From Candidatus Eiseniibacteriota bacterium (GTDB lineage Bacteria > Eisenbacteria > RBG-16-71-46 > SZUA-252): 54,220 bases of DNA. Positions 27,280 through 36,782 of this stretch are shown here, piece by piece. The notes beneath the pieces are model-generated. The model saw nothing but the letters and a program-made list of their open reading frames with translations. It ran no database searches and was not told where the DNA came from. Both the position numbers and the translations under genes were made by a program. Within the stretch, counting starts at the first letter, position 1. Every line of letters starts with the position of its first letter. The stretch is taken from the NCBI GenBank assembly GCA_031397435.1, contig JANNMC010000035.1, forward strand, positions 1-54,220. Direction: 5' to 3'.

Positions 27280-28299
27280 ATGTACGATCCGACTCACGAG
27301 TATTCGCAGAACATCCTCGTCACCGGCGCCACCGGCATGATCGGCCGCGCGGTATGCCGCGATCTCGTCGTGAACGGCTATCGCGTGCACGGCCTCGTCC
27401 GCGACGACGTCGCGCGCGCTCGGCTGGAGTACGCGGTGATGGGAGTTCTCGGCGACATCCGGAAGCCCGAGGAGTGGGAGAACGCCATCCGCAAGGTCGA
27501 CGCGGTCATCCACCTCGCGCTCCCCGCCGACTTTTCCACCGGGAAGATCGAAGCGGCCGATGCCGAGAAGCACGCCGCGACGATGGCCGAGGTGCTCCAG
27601 AAGTTCGGAGAGATCTGCCGTCGCAACAAGAAGAAGTTCATCCACACGTTCGGTTCGCTGATGTACGAGCCCGATGCCGAAGGGTGGGTGCGCGAGAATG
27701 CGCCCCTCTCCTCCGGGCGCGGCTACGGCATTCGCCACCGCGTCGCCTTTCCGGTGCTTCAGGAGTTGCGGAAGAAGGGCCTGAAGGCGATCTCGGTGAA
27801 CCCGTCGTTCCTCTACGGTCTCGGCGGCTGGTTCGAGGGAGGCGTGCTCCGTCCCATGAGTCAGGGACACTCGATGATCCTGGGCGACGGCACGCAGACG
27901 ATGCACTACGTCGCCGCCAGCGACGCCGCGGCAGCCTACCGCCTCGCACTCCAGCACGGAATCGACGGCGAGGACTACCTGATCGCGGACGACAAGCCGT
28001 CGACGATCGGCGAATGCACGCGGCTCGTGGCGAAGGAGATGGGCGCGCCCGCGCCGACCTCCATTCCCGAAGAGGAAGCGATCGCCATGCTCGGCGCCTG
28101 GGCCTACGAGGCCTACACCTTCTGTCCGAAAGTCGACTCCACCAAAGCGCGTGAGCATCTCGGCTGGACGCCGAAATACCGGACGATCCAGGACGGGATT
28201 CCGCTCGTGGTGCGCGAGTTCAAGAAGGTGCTGGCGCGCCCGCCGATTGACTACGAAGCCGAGGCGCGCGAGCGCTTCCGCCGTCCGGCGCCGCTATGA
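27280..28299 (+). CDS. NAD-dependent epimerase/dehydratase (extended SDR) family protein
   Basis: The ATG at 27280 lies 2 nt after the bioY stop. Rossmann motif VTGATGMIG. Track ORF sequence upstream of 27280 overlaps bioY in another frame. Confidence 0.85.
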   Translation: MYDPTHEYSQNILVTGATGMIGRAVCRDLVVNGYRVHGLVRDDVARARLEYAVMGVLGDIRKPEEWENAIRKVDAVIHLALPADFSTGKIEAADAEKHAATMAEVLQKFGEICRRNKKKFIHTFGSLMYEPDAEGWVRENAPLSSGRGYGIRHRVAFPVLQELRKKGLKAISVNPSFLYGLGGWFEGGVLRPMSQGHSMILGDGTQTMHYVAASDAAAAYRLALQHGIDGEDYLIADDKPSTIGECTRLVAKEMGAPAPTSIPEEEAIAMLGAWAYEAYTFCPKVDSTKAREHLGWTPKYRTIQDGIPLVVREFKKVLARPPIDYEAEARERFRRPAPL

Positions 28300-28321
28300 C
28301 CGGGAGCCGTCGCCTCCGGTG

Positions 28322-29611
28322 ATGCGCCGCGCGCACGTTTTCGCCGCGCTCCTCGCCCTCTGCTTCGCGCCACTCGCCGCGACGCGCCCGGCGCTTGCCG
28401 CCGGCGCCACGCTCATCACCGCCGATCGCCTCTTCGACGGTCAGGCACTTCGTGAAGGTCCGGTGCAGGTCCTCGTGGAGGACGGGAAGATCACCGCGAT
28501 TTCGATCGCCGGAGCGCACGGACTGGCCAGGATCGACGCGGGTCCCGACGCCGAACGGATCGAACTCCCCGGTTGCACCCTCCTCCCCGGATTCATCGAC
28601 GCGCACACGCACCTGACCTACCTCTGGAGCGACACGACCCGCGCGCCGAACGACCTGAACGACTACCTCGGATCGCCGATCGTCGTCGCGTTCGAGGCGG
28701 CGCGAAACGCGGAGAAGGCGCTCCTCGCCGGATTCACGACCGTGAGGCAGATGGGAGCGATGGATAACGTCGATCTCGCGCTCGGGCAGGCGATCGCGCG
28801 CGGACTCACGCGCGGGCCGCGGATTGTCACCGCCGGCGCCATCTATCCGCCCTTTCCTGGACGTCCCGACATCCACTGGCCTCCCGACGGCAGTGCCGCG
28901 ACGCGCGAGGAGATCGTGAAGAAGTCGCGCGACTACCTCGGCCAGGGCCACGGCTGGGTGAAGGTCTACCAGACGAGCGGCACCTACGACGACACGACCG
29001 GCACGCCCTTCTACACCGCGGAGGAACTTGGCGCGGCCGTCGAAGCGGCAAGCCCGCGAGGCTGGGTGGCCGCGCACTGCATGGGGCTCGAGGGAGCGCG
29101 CCGCGCCGTGCAGGCGGGAGTTCGCTCCATCGAGCATGGCTCGCGCCTCGATCGCGCCACGGTGCGAGAGATGGCGCGGAAGGGAATCTATCTCGACCCG
29201 ACGCTCTACCATCTGGAGTGGTACACGGAAAACGGCGCCGCTCTGGAGTACGGTCCCGGATACCGGGAGCGCCTCGCCGCGCTCCAGAGGGAACAGTTCG
29301 CCTCGGTGAAACTGGCGCGCGAGGCGGGAGTGAAGATCGCCTGCGGCTCCGACGCCGTCTACAGCATGCACGGACAGAATGCGCAGGAGATCATCTGGCT
29401 CACGCGCGCCGGTCTCTCGCCGGCTGAAGCGCTCCGCGCCGCGACGATGACCAACGCCGAACTCCTGGGACTTTCGCGGGAGATCGGCCGTGTGGCTCCC
29501 GGGTTCACCGCCGACCTGGTCGCCGTCACCGGCGATCCCACGCGCGACATCTCCGCCGTCCTGCGCGTCGCCTTCGTCATGAAGCGCGGCGACGTGGCGC
29601 GCCGCCCCTAG
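28322..29611 (+). CDS. Secreted amidohydrolase-family metallohydrolase
   Basis: The ATG at 28322 gives a signal peptide ending ALAAG. Contains PGFIDAHTHL (HxH metal site), and HCMG and GSDA segments consistent with the remaining amidohydrolase metal-ligand positions. Confidence 0.85.
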   Translation: MRRAHVFAALLALCFAPLAATRPALAAGATLITADRLFDGQALREGPVQVLVEDGKITAISIAGAHGLARIDAGPDAERIELPGCTLLPGFIDAHTHLTYLWSDTTRAPNDLNDYLGSPIVVAFEAARNAEKALLAGFTTVRQMGAMDNVDLALGQAIARGLTRGPRIVTAGAIYPPFPGRPDIHWPPDGSAATREEIVKKSRDYLGQGHGWVKVYQTSGTYDDTTGTPFYTAEELGAAVEAASPRGWVAAHCMGLEGARRAVQAGVRSIEHGSRLDRATVREMARKGIYLDPTLYHLEWYTENGAALEYGPGYRERLAALQREQFASVKLAREAGVKIACGSDAVYSMHGQNAQEIIWLTRAGLSPAEALRAATMTNAELLGLSREIGRVAPGFTADLVAVTGDPTRDISAVLRVAFVMKRGDVARRP

Positions 29612-29627
29612 CCACGACGCGGCACCG

Positions 29628-31250
29628 ATGACGTCGCGCGCCGTTCCCATCACCATCCTTGCCGCCGGAGTGGCGCTCCTCGCCACGCTCCTGATCGTCT
29701 CTTCCTGCGGTCAGGGGATCCCCGCCGAGAGCCAGTGGATGTCTCACGTGCGCGCCCTGGCCGATGACCACCTCCGCGGCCGCGAGGCGTCGGGGCAGGG
29801 ATTTCGCGAGGCGTCGGATTACGTGGCGCGGGAGCTGAAGCGCTACGGTGTGGAGCCGATGGGCGATTCCGGCACCTATTTCCAGCGTGTCCCGCTCCGG
29901 GCTCGCACGATCGACGAGGCGAACTGCGACCTGGCGCTCGTGCAGGGCCGCCGCGTCATTCCGCTCACGCTGGGCGTGGACGCGCTCCACTCCATGAAAC
30001 TCCAGCCGGCTGCGTCGGTAAATGCGCGCCTCGTCTTCGTCGGCTACGGCCTTCAGATCCCGGAGGCGGGGTACGACGATCTGGAGGGCCTGGACCTGAA
30101 GGGTGCCATCGCGGTTTTCCTGCAAGGCGCCCCAAAAGACGTGAACGGCCCGCTCCAGGCCCACCATAGTTACCGGGCCGAGCGCTGGAAGGCGCTTCAC
30201 CGAGCAGGCGCAATCGGGATGATCCAGATATCCGCTCGTGCCCTCTCCGAGGTGAAGTGGCATCTCATTGCCCCTTCCCGGCTTCAACCCTCGCTGGTGC
30301 TGGAGGGGGCCCCGTTCGATGACGTTCCGGGGCTAGGAATCAATCTTCACTGGAATCCCGACAAGGCGCCGCGCCTCTTCCAGGGTACAAAGGCTCGCTT
30401 CAGCGACCTGAGCGCGATGGCCGCGGAGGGCGAACGGCTCCCGCGTTTCGAACTTCCGTACCGCCTGCGCGCACGCATCGCTTCCACGGTGCGTCCCGCC
30501 GAGTGCCGAAACGTCGTTGGGATGATTCGCGGCTCGAGCAAGAGGCTGCGGGAGCAATACGTCGTCCTCTCCGGTCATCTGGACCACCTGGGAGTGGGCG
30601 TGCCGGTCGACGGCGACTCCATCTACAACGGCGCGCTGGACAACGCGTCGGGCTGCGCCACGCTCCTGGAGGTGGCGCGGATGCTGAAGCGCTCCGGCCA
30701 CGGGACGAAGCGCTCCGTCATCTTTCTCTTCAGCACGGCAGAGGAGTCGGGACTTCTGGGTGCCACCTACTTCGTGGAGCGCCCGACGGTGCCTCGGCGG
30801 AAACTCGTCGCGAACCTGAACATCGACATGTTCCTTCCGATCCGTCCTATCCGAGGGATCACGGCCTACGGCATCGACGAGTCGGACCTCGGCGACGTGC
30901 TTCGCCGCGTGGCGAAGGCGGAGTCGCTGAAGGTGGTTCCCGATCCCAAGCCGGAGCGGAGGTTCTTCGTTCGGAGCGATCAGTATCCGTTCATCCGGAA
31001 GGGAATTCCGGCCCTCATGCTCGACTCCGGCGCGACCGACTCCGTCACGGCCGCCGCGGCCGAGGACTGGATACGTACGCACTACCATCAACCATCGGAC
31101 GACGCGGCGCAGACGATCGATCTGGGGGCCGTGGCGCGCTACGATCGCTTCGCGCTGGCGCTGACACGCGCGGTGGCCGATGGGACGAAGAGGCCGCAGT
31201 GGCGGCGCGACAGCTTTTTCCGGCGCTTCGCCGCGGGGCCCGCGCGATGA
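29628..31250 (+). CDS. M28-family aminopeptidase with PA domain (lipoprotein)
   Basis: Lipobox VSSC, a PA-like insert, and M28 metal-ligand motifs SGHLDHLG, DNASGCATLLE and STAEESGLLG. Confidence 0.88.
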   Translation: MTSRAVPITILAAGVALLATLLIVSSCGQGIPAESQWMSHVRALADDHLRGREASGQGFREASDYVARELKRYGVEPMGDSGTYFQRVPLRARTIDEANCDLALVQGRRVIPLTLGVDALHSMKLQPAASVNARLVFVGYGLQIPEAGYDDLEGLDLKGAIAVFLQGAPKDVNGPLQAHHSYRAERWKALHRAGAIGMIQISARALSEVKWHLIAPSRLQPSLVLEGAPFDDVPGLGINLHWNPDKAPRLFQGTKARFSDLSAMAAEGERLPRFELPYRLRARIASTVRPAECRNVVGMIRGSSKRLREQYVVLSGHLDHLGVGVPVDGDSIYNGALDNASGCATLLEVARMLKRSGHGTKRSVIFLFSTAEESGLLGATYFVERPTVPRRKLVANLNIDMFLPIRPIRGITAYGIDESDLGDVLRRVAKAESLKVVPDPKPERRFFVRSDQYPFIRKGIPALMLDSGATDSVTAAAAEDWIRTHYHQPSDDAAQTIDLGAVARYDRFALALTRAVADGTKRPQWRRDSFFRRFAAGPAR

Positions 31251-31259
31251 AGGACCCCG

Positions 31260-31276
31260 CCATCGTCGGACGGTGG
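31260..31276. terminator. Hairpin between the convergent M28 peptidase and pilin-like genes
   Basis: CCATCGT-CGG-ACGGTGG forms a 7-bp stem (one G-U) with a 3-nt loop in the 36-bp convergent gap. No T tract. Confidence 0.2.
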
Positions 31277-31286
31277 GATCGCCTCG

Positions 31287-31769
31287 CTAGAAGCCGTTGA
31301 GGGTCGCGATCTCCAGCGTGTACTTGGTCCGGCTGATCCTCGAGAACTTGGCGTTCCGGATAAGGCTCTGGATTCGCATCAAAAGCTTCGGATCGCGGCA
31401 GACGATCGACACGCCGACCGCCGTCGTGGTGCCGGCGGGCGCGCGCCCCCGGCGATGGAGTGGAATCCAGTTGTCGTAGTCGAGGGTGTACCACTTGTTG
31501 GTGAGGGCGAAGTTATTGGGGAGGTTTGCCGCACACCCCTTGGGGATGACGCCGGCCGCCGATTCGTTGGGCCAGCGCCCCATGTCTCCGTAGTAGAGGT
31601 AGACGGCGGCACGCATGGCCTGCAGATCAGCAACGGCCTGTGCGGCGCGCGTGTTGGAGACGAGTCCAAAGTAGGCGGGAATCGCGATGCCGGCTAGGAT
31701 CCCGATGACCGTGACCACGATCACGAGTTCCAGCAATGTGAATCCCCGGCCTGCTCGCATTCCTCGCAT
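31287..31769 (-). CDS. Prepilin-type N-terminal cleavage/methylation domain protein (orphan pilin or pseudopilin-like)
   Basis: Class III signal MRGMRAGRG|FTLLELVIVVTVIGILAGIAIP with Glu at +5. ATG candidates at 31769 and 31760; the track ORF extends to 31871. Confidence 0.8.
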   Translation of the reverse strand: MRGMRAGRGFTLLELVIVVTVIGILAGIAIPAYFGLVSNTRAAQAVADLQAMRAAVYLYYGDMGRWPNESAAGVIPKGCAANLPNNFALTNKWYTLDYDNWIPLHRRGRAPAGTTTAVGVSIVCRDPKLLMRIQSLIRNAKFSRISRTKYTLEIATLNGF

Positions 31770-31888
31770 CCCCCCCCGCGTGCCCTCTCCCGAATCGGTC
31801 CCCCGACTTCTCCGGTCTTGGAATTCATCGGCACTCAGGAGTTGGTTGTTGAGGCCGGTATCCCGTGGCATCCCGGCAGGTTATACGG

Positions 31889-33607
31889 TTAGTGGCGGGG
31901 AGCGTCCAAGTCCGGTGGAGGGACGGCGTCCAGCGCCGCCAAGGCGTTTCGGCCCACCTGTTCGTGAAGCACCCGCGCGCGGGCCAGGGCTTCCTCGATA
32001 TTGGAGCAGAGGTTCTCGCGGCCGATGTGGCGGTGAAACTCCGCCTGCCGCATGAGCCGCGCCGGTTGCTCCCGCGCCCCGCAGAGGATCAAGGATCGGC
32101 GCCGCCGCTGCAGACGGTCCGCCGCCTCCTCCAGCGCGGTGAGCCCTGTCGCGTCGATGGCGGTCATGTCCCTCAGGCGGAGGATCACGACGGGCGGCAG
32201 ACTATCGATGTCGTCGGTCATCTCGCGGAGCTTCTCGGTGGCGCCGAAGAGAAACGGCCCCTGGATCCGATAGAGCGCCACGTACTCGGGAATCGCGCGG
32301 TCGTGGAGAATGTGCACGCGCCCCTCGGCCAGCTCCGTTTCCGTCACCTCTTCCACCTCGGTCGTGATCGAGACCTTTCGGATGAAGAGGAGCGCGGCAA
32401 GCGTCATCCCGACCTGCATTGCCAGCGTGAGATCGGCAAACACCGTGAGCGTGAAGGTGATCAGCCAGACCGCGATGTCTCCCTTGGAAAGTTTCAGAAT
32501 CTCCGGAATTTCCCCCCAATCCCCCATGTTGTACGCGACGACGAAGAGGATGGCCGCTAGCGTCGGGAGCGGCACCCACTTGGCCAGCGGCGCCGCGGCC
32601 AGGAGAACGCCGAGTAGCGTCAATGCGTGAATCATCCCCGAGACCGGCGTTCGCGCTCCCGCGCGGATGTTCGTCGCGGTGCGGGCGATCGCACCGGTGG
32701 CGGGGAGGCCTCCGACCAGCGGCGAGGCGAGATTCGCGATCCCCTGCGCGACCAGCTCCGTGTTCGGGTTGTGACGGTCGCCGGTCATCTTGTCGGCGAC
32801 TACGGCCGACATGAGCGACTCAATGGCGCCCAGTAGCGCCACCGTGATCGCGGCGGGGAGGAGCGGTGGGATCAACTCCAGCCGGAGCGGCGGGATTTGG
32901 ATCCGCGGAAAGCCCGAGGGAATTCCGCCGAATCGGCTCCCGATGGTCTCGACAGGAATGGCCAGAAACAGCGCGGCGGCCGTGCCGGCCACGAGCGCTA
33001 CGATGGCGCCGGGGACGCGGCGGAAGAGGCGCGGCACCAGGAGGACGATGGCGAGCGAGGCCACGCCGAGAAGTGTCGCCTCCATGGAAAACGAGGCGCG
33101 CGCGGCCCAGAGTTCCCGAAATCGCGGGAGAAACGCGCTCGAGGCGTGCTCCACCGGGACTCCGAAGAAGTCGCGGATCTGGGTACTGGCGATGAGGACC
33201 GCGATTCCGTTCGTGAAGCCGGCCACCACCGGGCGGGGAATGTACTTCACCGCGGTGCCCATGCCGGTCGCGCCCAGGAGGATGAGGATCAGGCCCGCCA
33301 GGAAGGTGCAGATGAAGAGTCCCAGGACGCCGTGCTGCGCGACGATTCCGGCGATCACCACGACGAAGGCGCCGGTCGGGCCTCCGATTTGAGTGCGCGA
33401 GCCGCCGAGCGCCGAGATGAGGAAGCCGGCGACGACGGCGCCGTAGATCCCCGCCTGCGGCGGCATTCCCGAGGAGATGGCGAAAGCCATGGCCAGCGGG
33501 AGCGCCACCAGTCCTACGGTGACGCCCGCCAGCAGATCGTGGAAGAAGTCCGCGACCGTGTAGCCGCGAAGCGACTGAATGGATTTTGGAATCCAAGCCT
33601 TCATCAT
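31889..33607 (-). CDS. SulP-family anion (sulfate/bicarbonate) permease with C-terminal STAS domain
   Basis: 572 aa. The SulP membrane core contains a GIANLASPLVGGLPATGAIARTA motif. The C-terminal STAS region includes ILRLRDMTAIDATGL. Confidence 0.92.
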   Translation of the reverse strand: MMKAWIPKSIQSLRGYTVADFFHDLLAGVTVGLVALPLAMAFAISSGMPPQAGIYGAVVAGFLISALGGSRTQIGGPTGAFVVVIAGIVAQHGVLGLFICTFLAGLILILLGATGMGTAVKYIPRPVVAGFTNGIAVLIASTQIRDFFGVPVEHASSAFLPRFRELWAARASFSMEATLLGVASLAIVLLVPRLFRRVPGAIVALVAGTAAALFLAIPVETIGSRFGGIPSGFPRIQIPPLRLELIPPLLPAAITVALLGAIESLMSAVVADKMTGDRHNPNTELVAQGIANLASPLVGGLPATGAIARTATNIRAGARTPVSGMIHALTLLGVLLAAAPLAKWVPLPTLAAILFVVAYNMGDWGEIPEILKLSKGDIAVWLITFTLTVFADLTLAMQVGMTLAALLFIRKVSITTEVEEVTETELAEGRVHILHDRAIPEYVALYRIQGPFLFGATEKLREMTDDIDSLPPVVILRLRDMTAIDATGLTALEEAADRLQRRRRSLILCGAREQPARLMRQAEFHRHIGRENLCSNIEEALARARVLHEQVGRNALAALDAVPPPDLDAPRH

Positions 33608-33645
33608 GGCGAGGCCCGGACTATAGCACCACGGGAGCGGCTACG

Positions 33646-36282
33646 TCAGATGGGAAGCCAGTAGGTGACTTTCGCCAGGACTCGGTTCTCGGGTTCGTTC
33701 CGGAATAGATTCCGAGTGTTGATGTTGGTCCGGAAATCGGTCGGTCCCGCCGCGGAGAACCAGCGCTCCTCGTAGCCCGAGCGGCTCTGCGTCCAGACGA
33801 GGAAGAAGGTGCTGCCCGGACGGTACTCCCAGCGATAGACCACGTTCGTGTTTACCGAGGCGTAGGAGAAATCGAAATCGCGGACGTTGTATCCCGCTTC
33901 GTTGTAGTGCGTGAACTCATAGGAATCGGGGCGCGCCAGCTCCCGCGCCTCGTGATAGTCGCCCACGGTGATGAACGGCTGGGCGTAGATCTCCAGCGAC
34001 TGTTTTCGACTGAAGAGAATATTCGAGCGGAGCGTCAGATCGACGGTCTGCTGGTGAATGCGGCCGAAGACGTACGACCGGCCGCCGATCCCCTGGCCGC
34101 CCGGCCGCGCCGCGAGATCGACGGTCTCGAGATACTGGGTGTCGTCCGTGTGGTTCTCGAAGTTCAGTCCGATGTCGTGATTCACGGCGCTGCTCTGGTT
34201 CCAGGTCAGGCCAAGCTCCATCTCGACGCTGGCGTTCTTCGCGGTATCGCGGAAGTGGTTCCCTTCAAGCCGGAGCTGGACGTTTTTCCGGCTGTCGGTG
34301 GCGCCGCCAATCCAGCCGCCGTAGGTGGTCGGCTCGCGCAAGAGCGGCCCCCCTCGCGTTTCGTAGCGGTGCGTCCCCTCGACGTTGTACTGCACGCCGA
34401 ACCACGCCTCGCGGAAATTCCTGAATTGCATGGAGCCGTTGACGTTCGTGTTTCCGTACTGGCGGTGGCGCGGGTTGTAGGACCACGCCACGTTGCCGGT
34501 GGTTGCGTCGAGTCCCGTTCGTCCCGCGTAGAGCCACGACTGGCTGATGTTGTAGTTGATCTGGCCGCTGTTGAACGTCTTGCTCTTCCCGTCTTGGTTG
34601 AGACGACGCTGGGTCCAGCCGTAGACGACCACCTCGTCGGGAGCCTCCAGATAGCCCAGGTCGTTCAGTTCCAGCTTGTCCGACTCCCAGCGGGCGCCGA
34701 TGCTGCCGCGCTGAATGCCGGCGTTTCGGGAGAACGTGATCTCGCCGCCGGTGCCGAACTTCGGCTTGTCGGACATAAGGGGATTCGAGGGGAGCGGTTC
34801 GGAGTTCACCGCGGATCCGACGAACGAGCCGTTCACGTTCCAGGCGCGCGTCTTGGAGTTGAGGTCGAAGTCGAATCCCGTGGTGTAGGCCTCGCGGGAG
34901 GCGCGGTCGCCCCAGGTCGCACGGTCCGCGGTGTTGAACGCGGCCGTCTGCATGAGGCCGATTCGATGACGTCCCTGAGCGAAGTCCTTGCCGAGACGAG
35001 TGACCATGTAGCGCGAGAGCCGGTCGCCGCTCTTGAAGATGTTGTGCGCCTGGCCCGACTGCGTGATGTCGGTGGAGGCCGCGAGCGCCGCGATCGAAAC
35101 CCCGCCCACCATCTTCCCGGTCAGCTTGGCCGCGTAACGGATGCGCGTGTTCTCGTCGCCCGTGCCGACTCGCCGCGAGTAGAAGGTCGTGAAGTTCGGC
35201 ATCTGGAAGAAGCGGCTGCCCTCGATGAAGAAGGGGCGCTTCTCCTCGAAGAACGTCTCGAAGGGAGAGAGATTGAGCGTGGCCGGGTCGGCTTCCACCT
35301 GGCCGAAATCGGGCTGCAGGGTCGCGTTCAGCGTGAGATCCGAGGTGAGCCCGTACTTCATATCGAGCCCGACGTTCTGGAAGCCATCCCACTCGTCTTT
35401 CTGGAACGAACTGCTGGCCAGCGAGGGATCGGTCTCCCGCTGGAGCACGTAGGGCAGGAACTCAAGCTGCCGCGGCGCGTGGATGCCGCGAATGCCAGTC
35501 ACGTTTCCGAAGCGGCTCACGAATCCGCTCAAGTCGCGGCTCCAGGTCTTCCAGGCGGTGTCCTGCCCGCGGCCGTGCATGTAGCGCCAGACGTTGATTC
35601 CCCAGGTCATCTCCGGCGCCGAGCGATAGCGAATGGCGCTGAAGGGGATCCGGATCTCCGCGTACCACCCCTGCGCGTCGCGCGAGGTCTCCGCCTCCCA
35701 GACCGCATCCCAGTCGGTGTCCATCTCGTTGTCGTTGTAGACGTAGACGTCCTGCTGCACGCCGAGCGGGTTCACCTTGAAGGCATAGCCGGTCGTGTGA
35801 TCGTGGTAGGGATCGATGTAGACCGCCACGATGTCCGAGCTGCTGAAGCGATCGCGCCGCGAGAGCTTGGCGGAGATCTTCGAAGGATCGGACTCGGTGC
35901 AGGCGATGGCGAAGTAGATGGCGTCTTCGTCGTAGGCGACCTTGAACGCCGTCGGCTCCGCGGCAGGCGCTCCGCGATCGGGATCCCACTGCCCGAAGCC
36001 GCGTCCCGCCTCGGCGGTCTGCCATGCCGCGTCGTTCAGCACGCCGTCCACCTGGATCCGTTGCTGGCCGGCGTCGTACGCGCGAATCGTCGGGTCGGCG
36101 GCCTTCCGGCCGTCGGAGGAGTCGGGATATTGAGCCCCCGAATCGGTCATCGAGAAATTCTCGAGGGCGTGACCGGGTGCGGCGACGAGCGTGAGGAGCA
36201 GCGAGAACACGACCAGCGCGGCGGACGCATGCCGGCAACCGGGGCGACGCGCTGTCGAGGCCGGTGCGGAACGGAAATTCAT
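33646..36282 (-). CDS. CBM9-like/DUF5916 family outer-membrane protein
   Basis: AAGGAGA 7-8 nt before the ATG. Signal peptide, an N-terminal VDGVLNDAAWQTAE...KVAYDEDAIYFAIAC (CBM9-like) region, and a long beta-rich C-terminal part ending in an aromatic residue-rich strand. Confidence 0.8.
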   Translation of the reverse strand: MNFRSAPASTARRPGCRHASAALVVFSLLLTLVAAPGHALENFSMTDSGAQYPDSSDGRKAADPTIRAYDAGQQRIQVDGVLNDAAWQTAEAGRGFGQWDPDRGAPAAEPTAFKVAYDEDAIYFAIACTESDPSKISAKLSRRDRFSSSDIVAVYIDPYHDHTTGYAFKVNPLGVQQDVYVYNDNEMDTDWDAVWEAETSRDAQGWYAEIRIPFSAIRYRSAPEMTWGINVWRYMHGRGQDTAWKTWSRDLSGFVSRFGNVTGIRGIHAPRQLEFLPYVLQRETDPSLASSSFQKDEWDGFQNVGLDMKYGLTSDLTLNATLQPDFGQVEADPATLNLSPFETFFEEKRPFFIEGSRFFQMPNFTTFYSRRVGTGDENTRIRYAAKLTGKMVGGVSIAALAASTDITQSGQAHNIFKSGDRLSRYMVTRLGKDFAQGRHRIGLMQTAAFNTADRATWGDRASREAYTTGFDFDLNSKTRAWNVNGSFVGSAVNSEPLPSNPLMSDKPKFGTGGEITFSRNAGIQRGSIGARWESDKLELNDLGYLEAPDEVVVYGWTQRRLNQDGKSKTFNSGQINYNISQSWLYAGRTGLDATTGNVAWSYNPRHRQYGNTNVNGSMQFRNFREAWFGVQYNVEGTHRYETRGGPLLREPTTYGGWIGGATDSRKNVQLRLEGNHFRDTAKNASVEMELGLTWNQSSAVNHDIGLNFENHTDDTQYLETVDLAARPGGQGIGGRSYVFGRIHQQTVDLTLRSNILFSRKQSLEIYAQPFITVGDYHEARELARPDSYEFTHYNEAGYNVRDFDFSYASVNTNVVYRWEYRPGSTFFLVWTQSRSGYEERWFSAAGPTDFRTNINTRNLFRNEPENRVLAKVTYWLPI

Positions 36283-36782
36283 CGAGACCGTCTCCTTATT
36301 TGAAACCGAGCCTGTCGGGGTGGCGCGCGTGGGGGACGCCGCGAAGGGTCAGATGCTCAAGTCTGGTGGATCGTTGAAACGTGTGAAGCCGGTCAGGAAG
36401 CTAACAGTTGTCTCCGCCCCGAGCGGGGACACATCTATTTACGGCCGGGCGTGGGGAACTGGTTTCACGAGTTTTCGGGAAGCAGGGGCCGAGGCTCGTG
36501 GGGCCAAAGTGCCGTAAAACTTAAAATCTGACCCCACCATGCCGTCACATATGGCCACAATTCCGACTTCACTTCCCACTTGAGTCCGATGCTGCCGGGC
36601 CAACCCCTTACGCTGAATCGCGAGAGGTCAGCCTACGCCTAAAGTACCGCCCGCAGAGGGGCCAGGAAAACCCGCCAACCCCCTGTCGCCGTTAAAGTCC
36701 CCGTTCCGCTCGGACGATCTATGGAGTACTGCGCTATGATGAGGGGTGACCCGCCCCACCGTCAAACCCAAGGAGGGATTCC

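Noticed and set aside
36380-36500. Short matches to the SRP-RNA helix-8 motif (GGTCAGGAAGC, GGGAAGCAGGGGCC) in the DUF5916/fadE spacer.
   Set aside because: The required GNRA tetraloop closing pairs and the symmetric and asymmetric loops cannot be drawn. I cannot support an SRP, 6S, RNase P or tmRNA call by eye.
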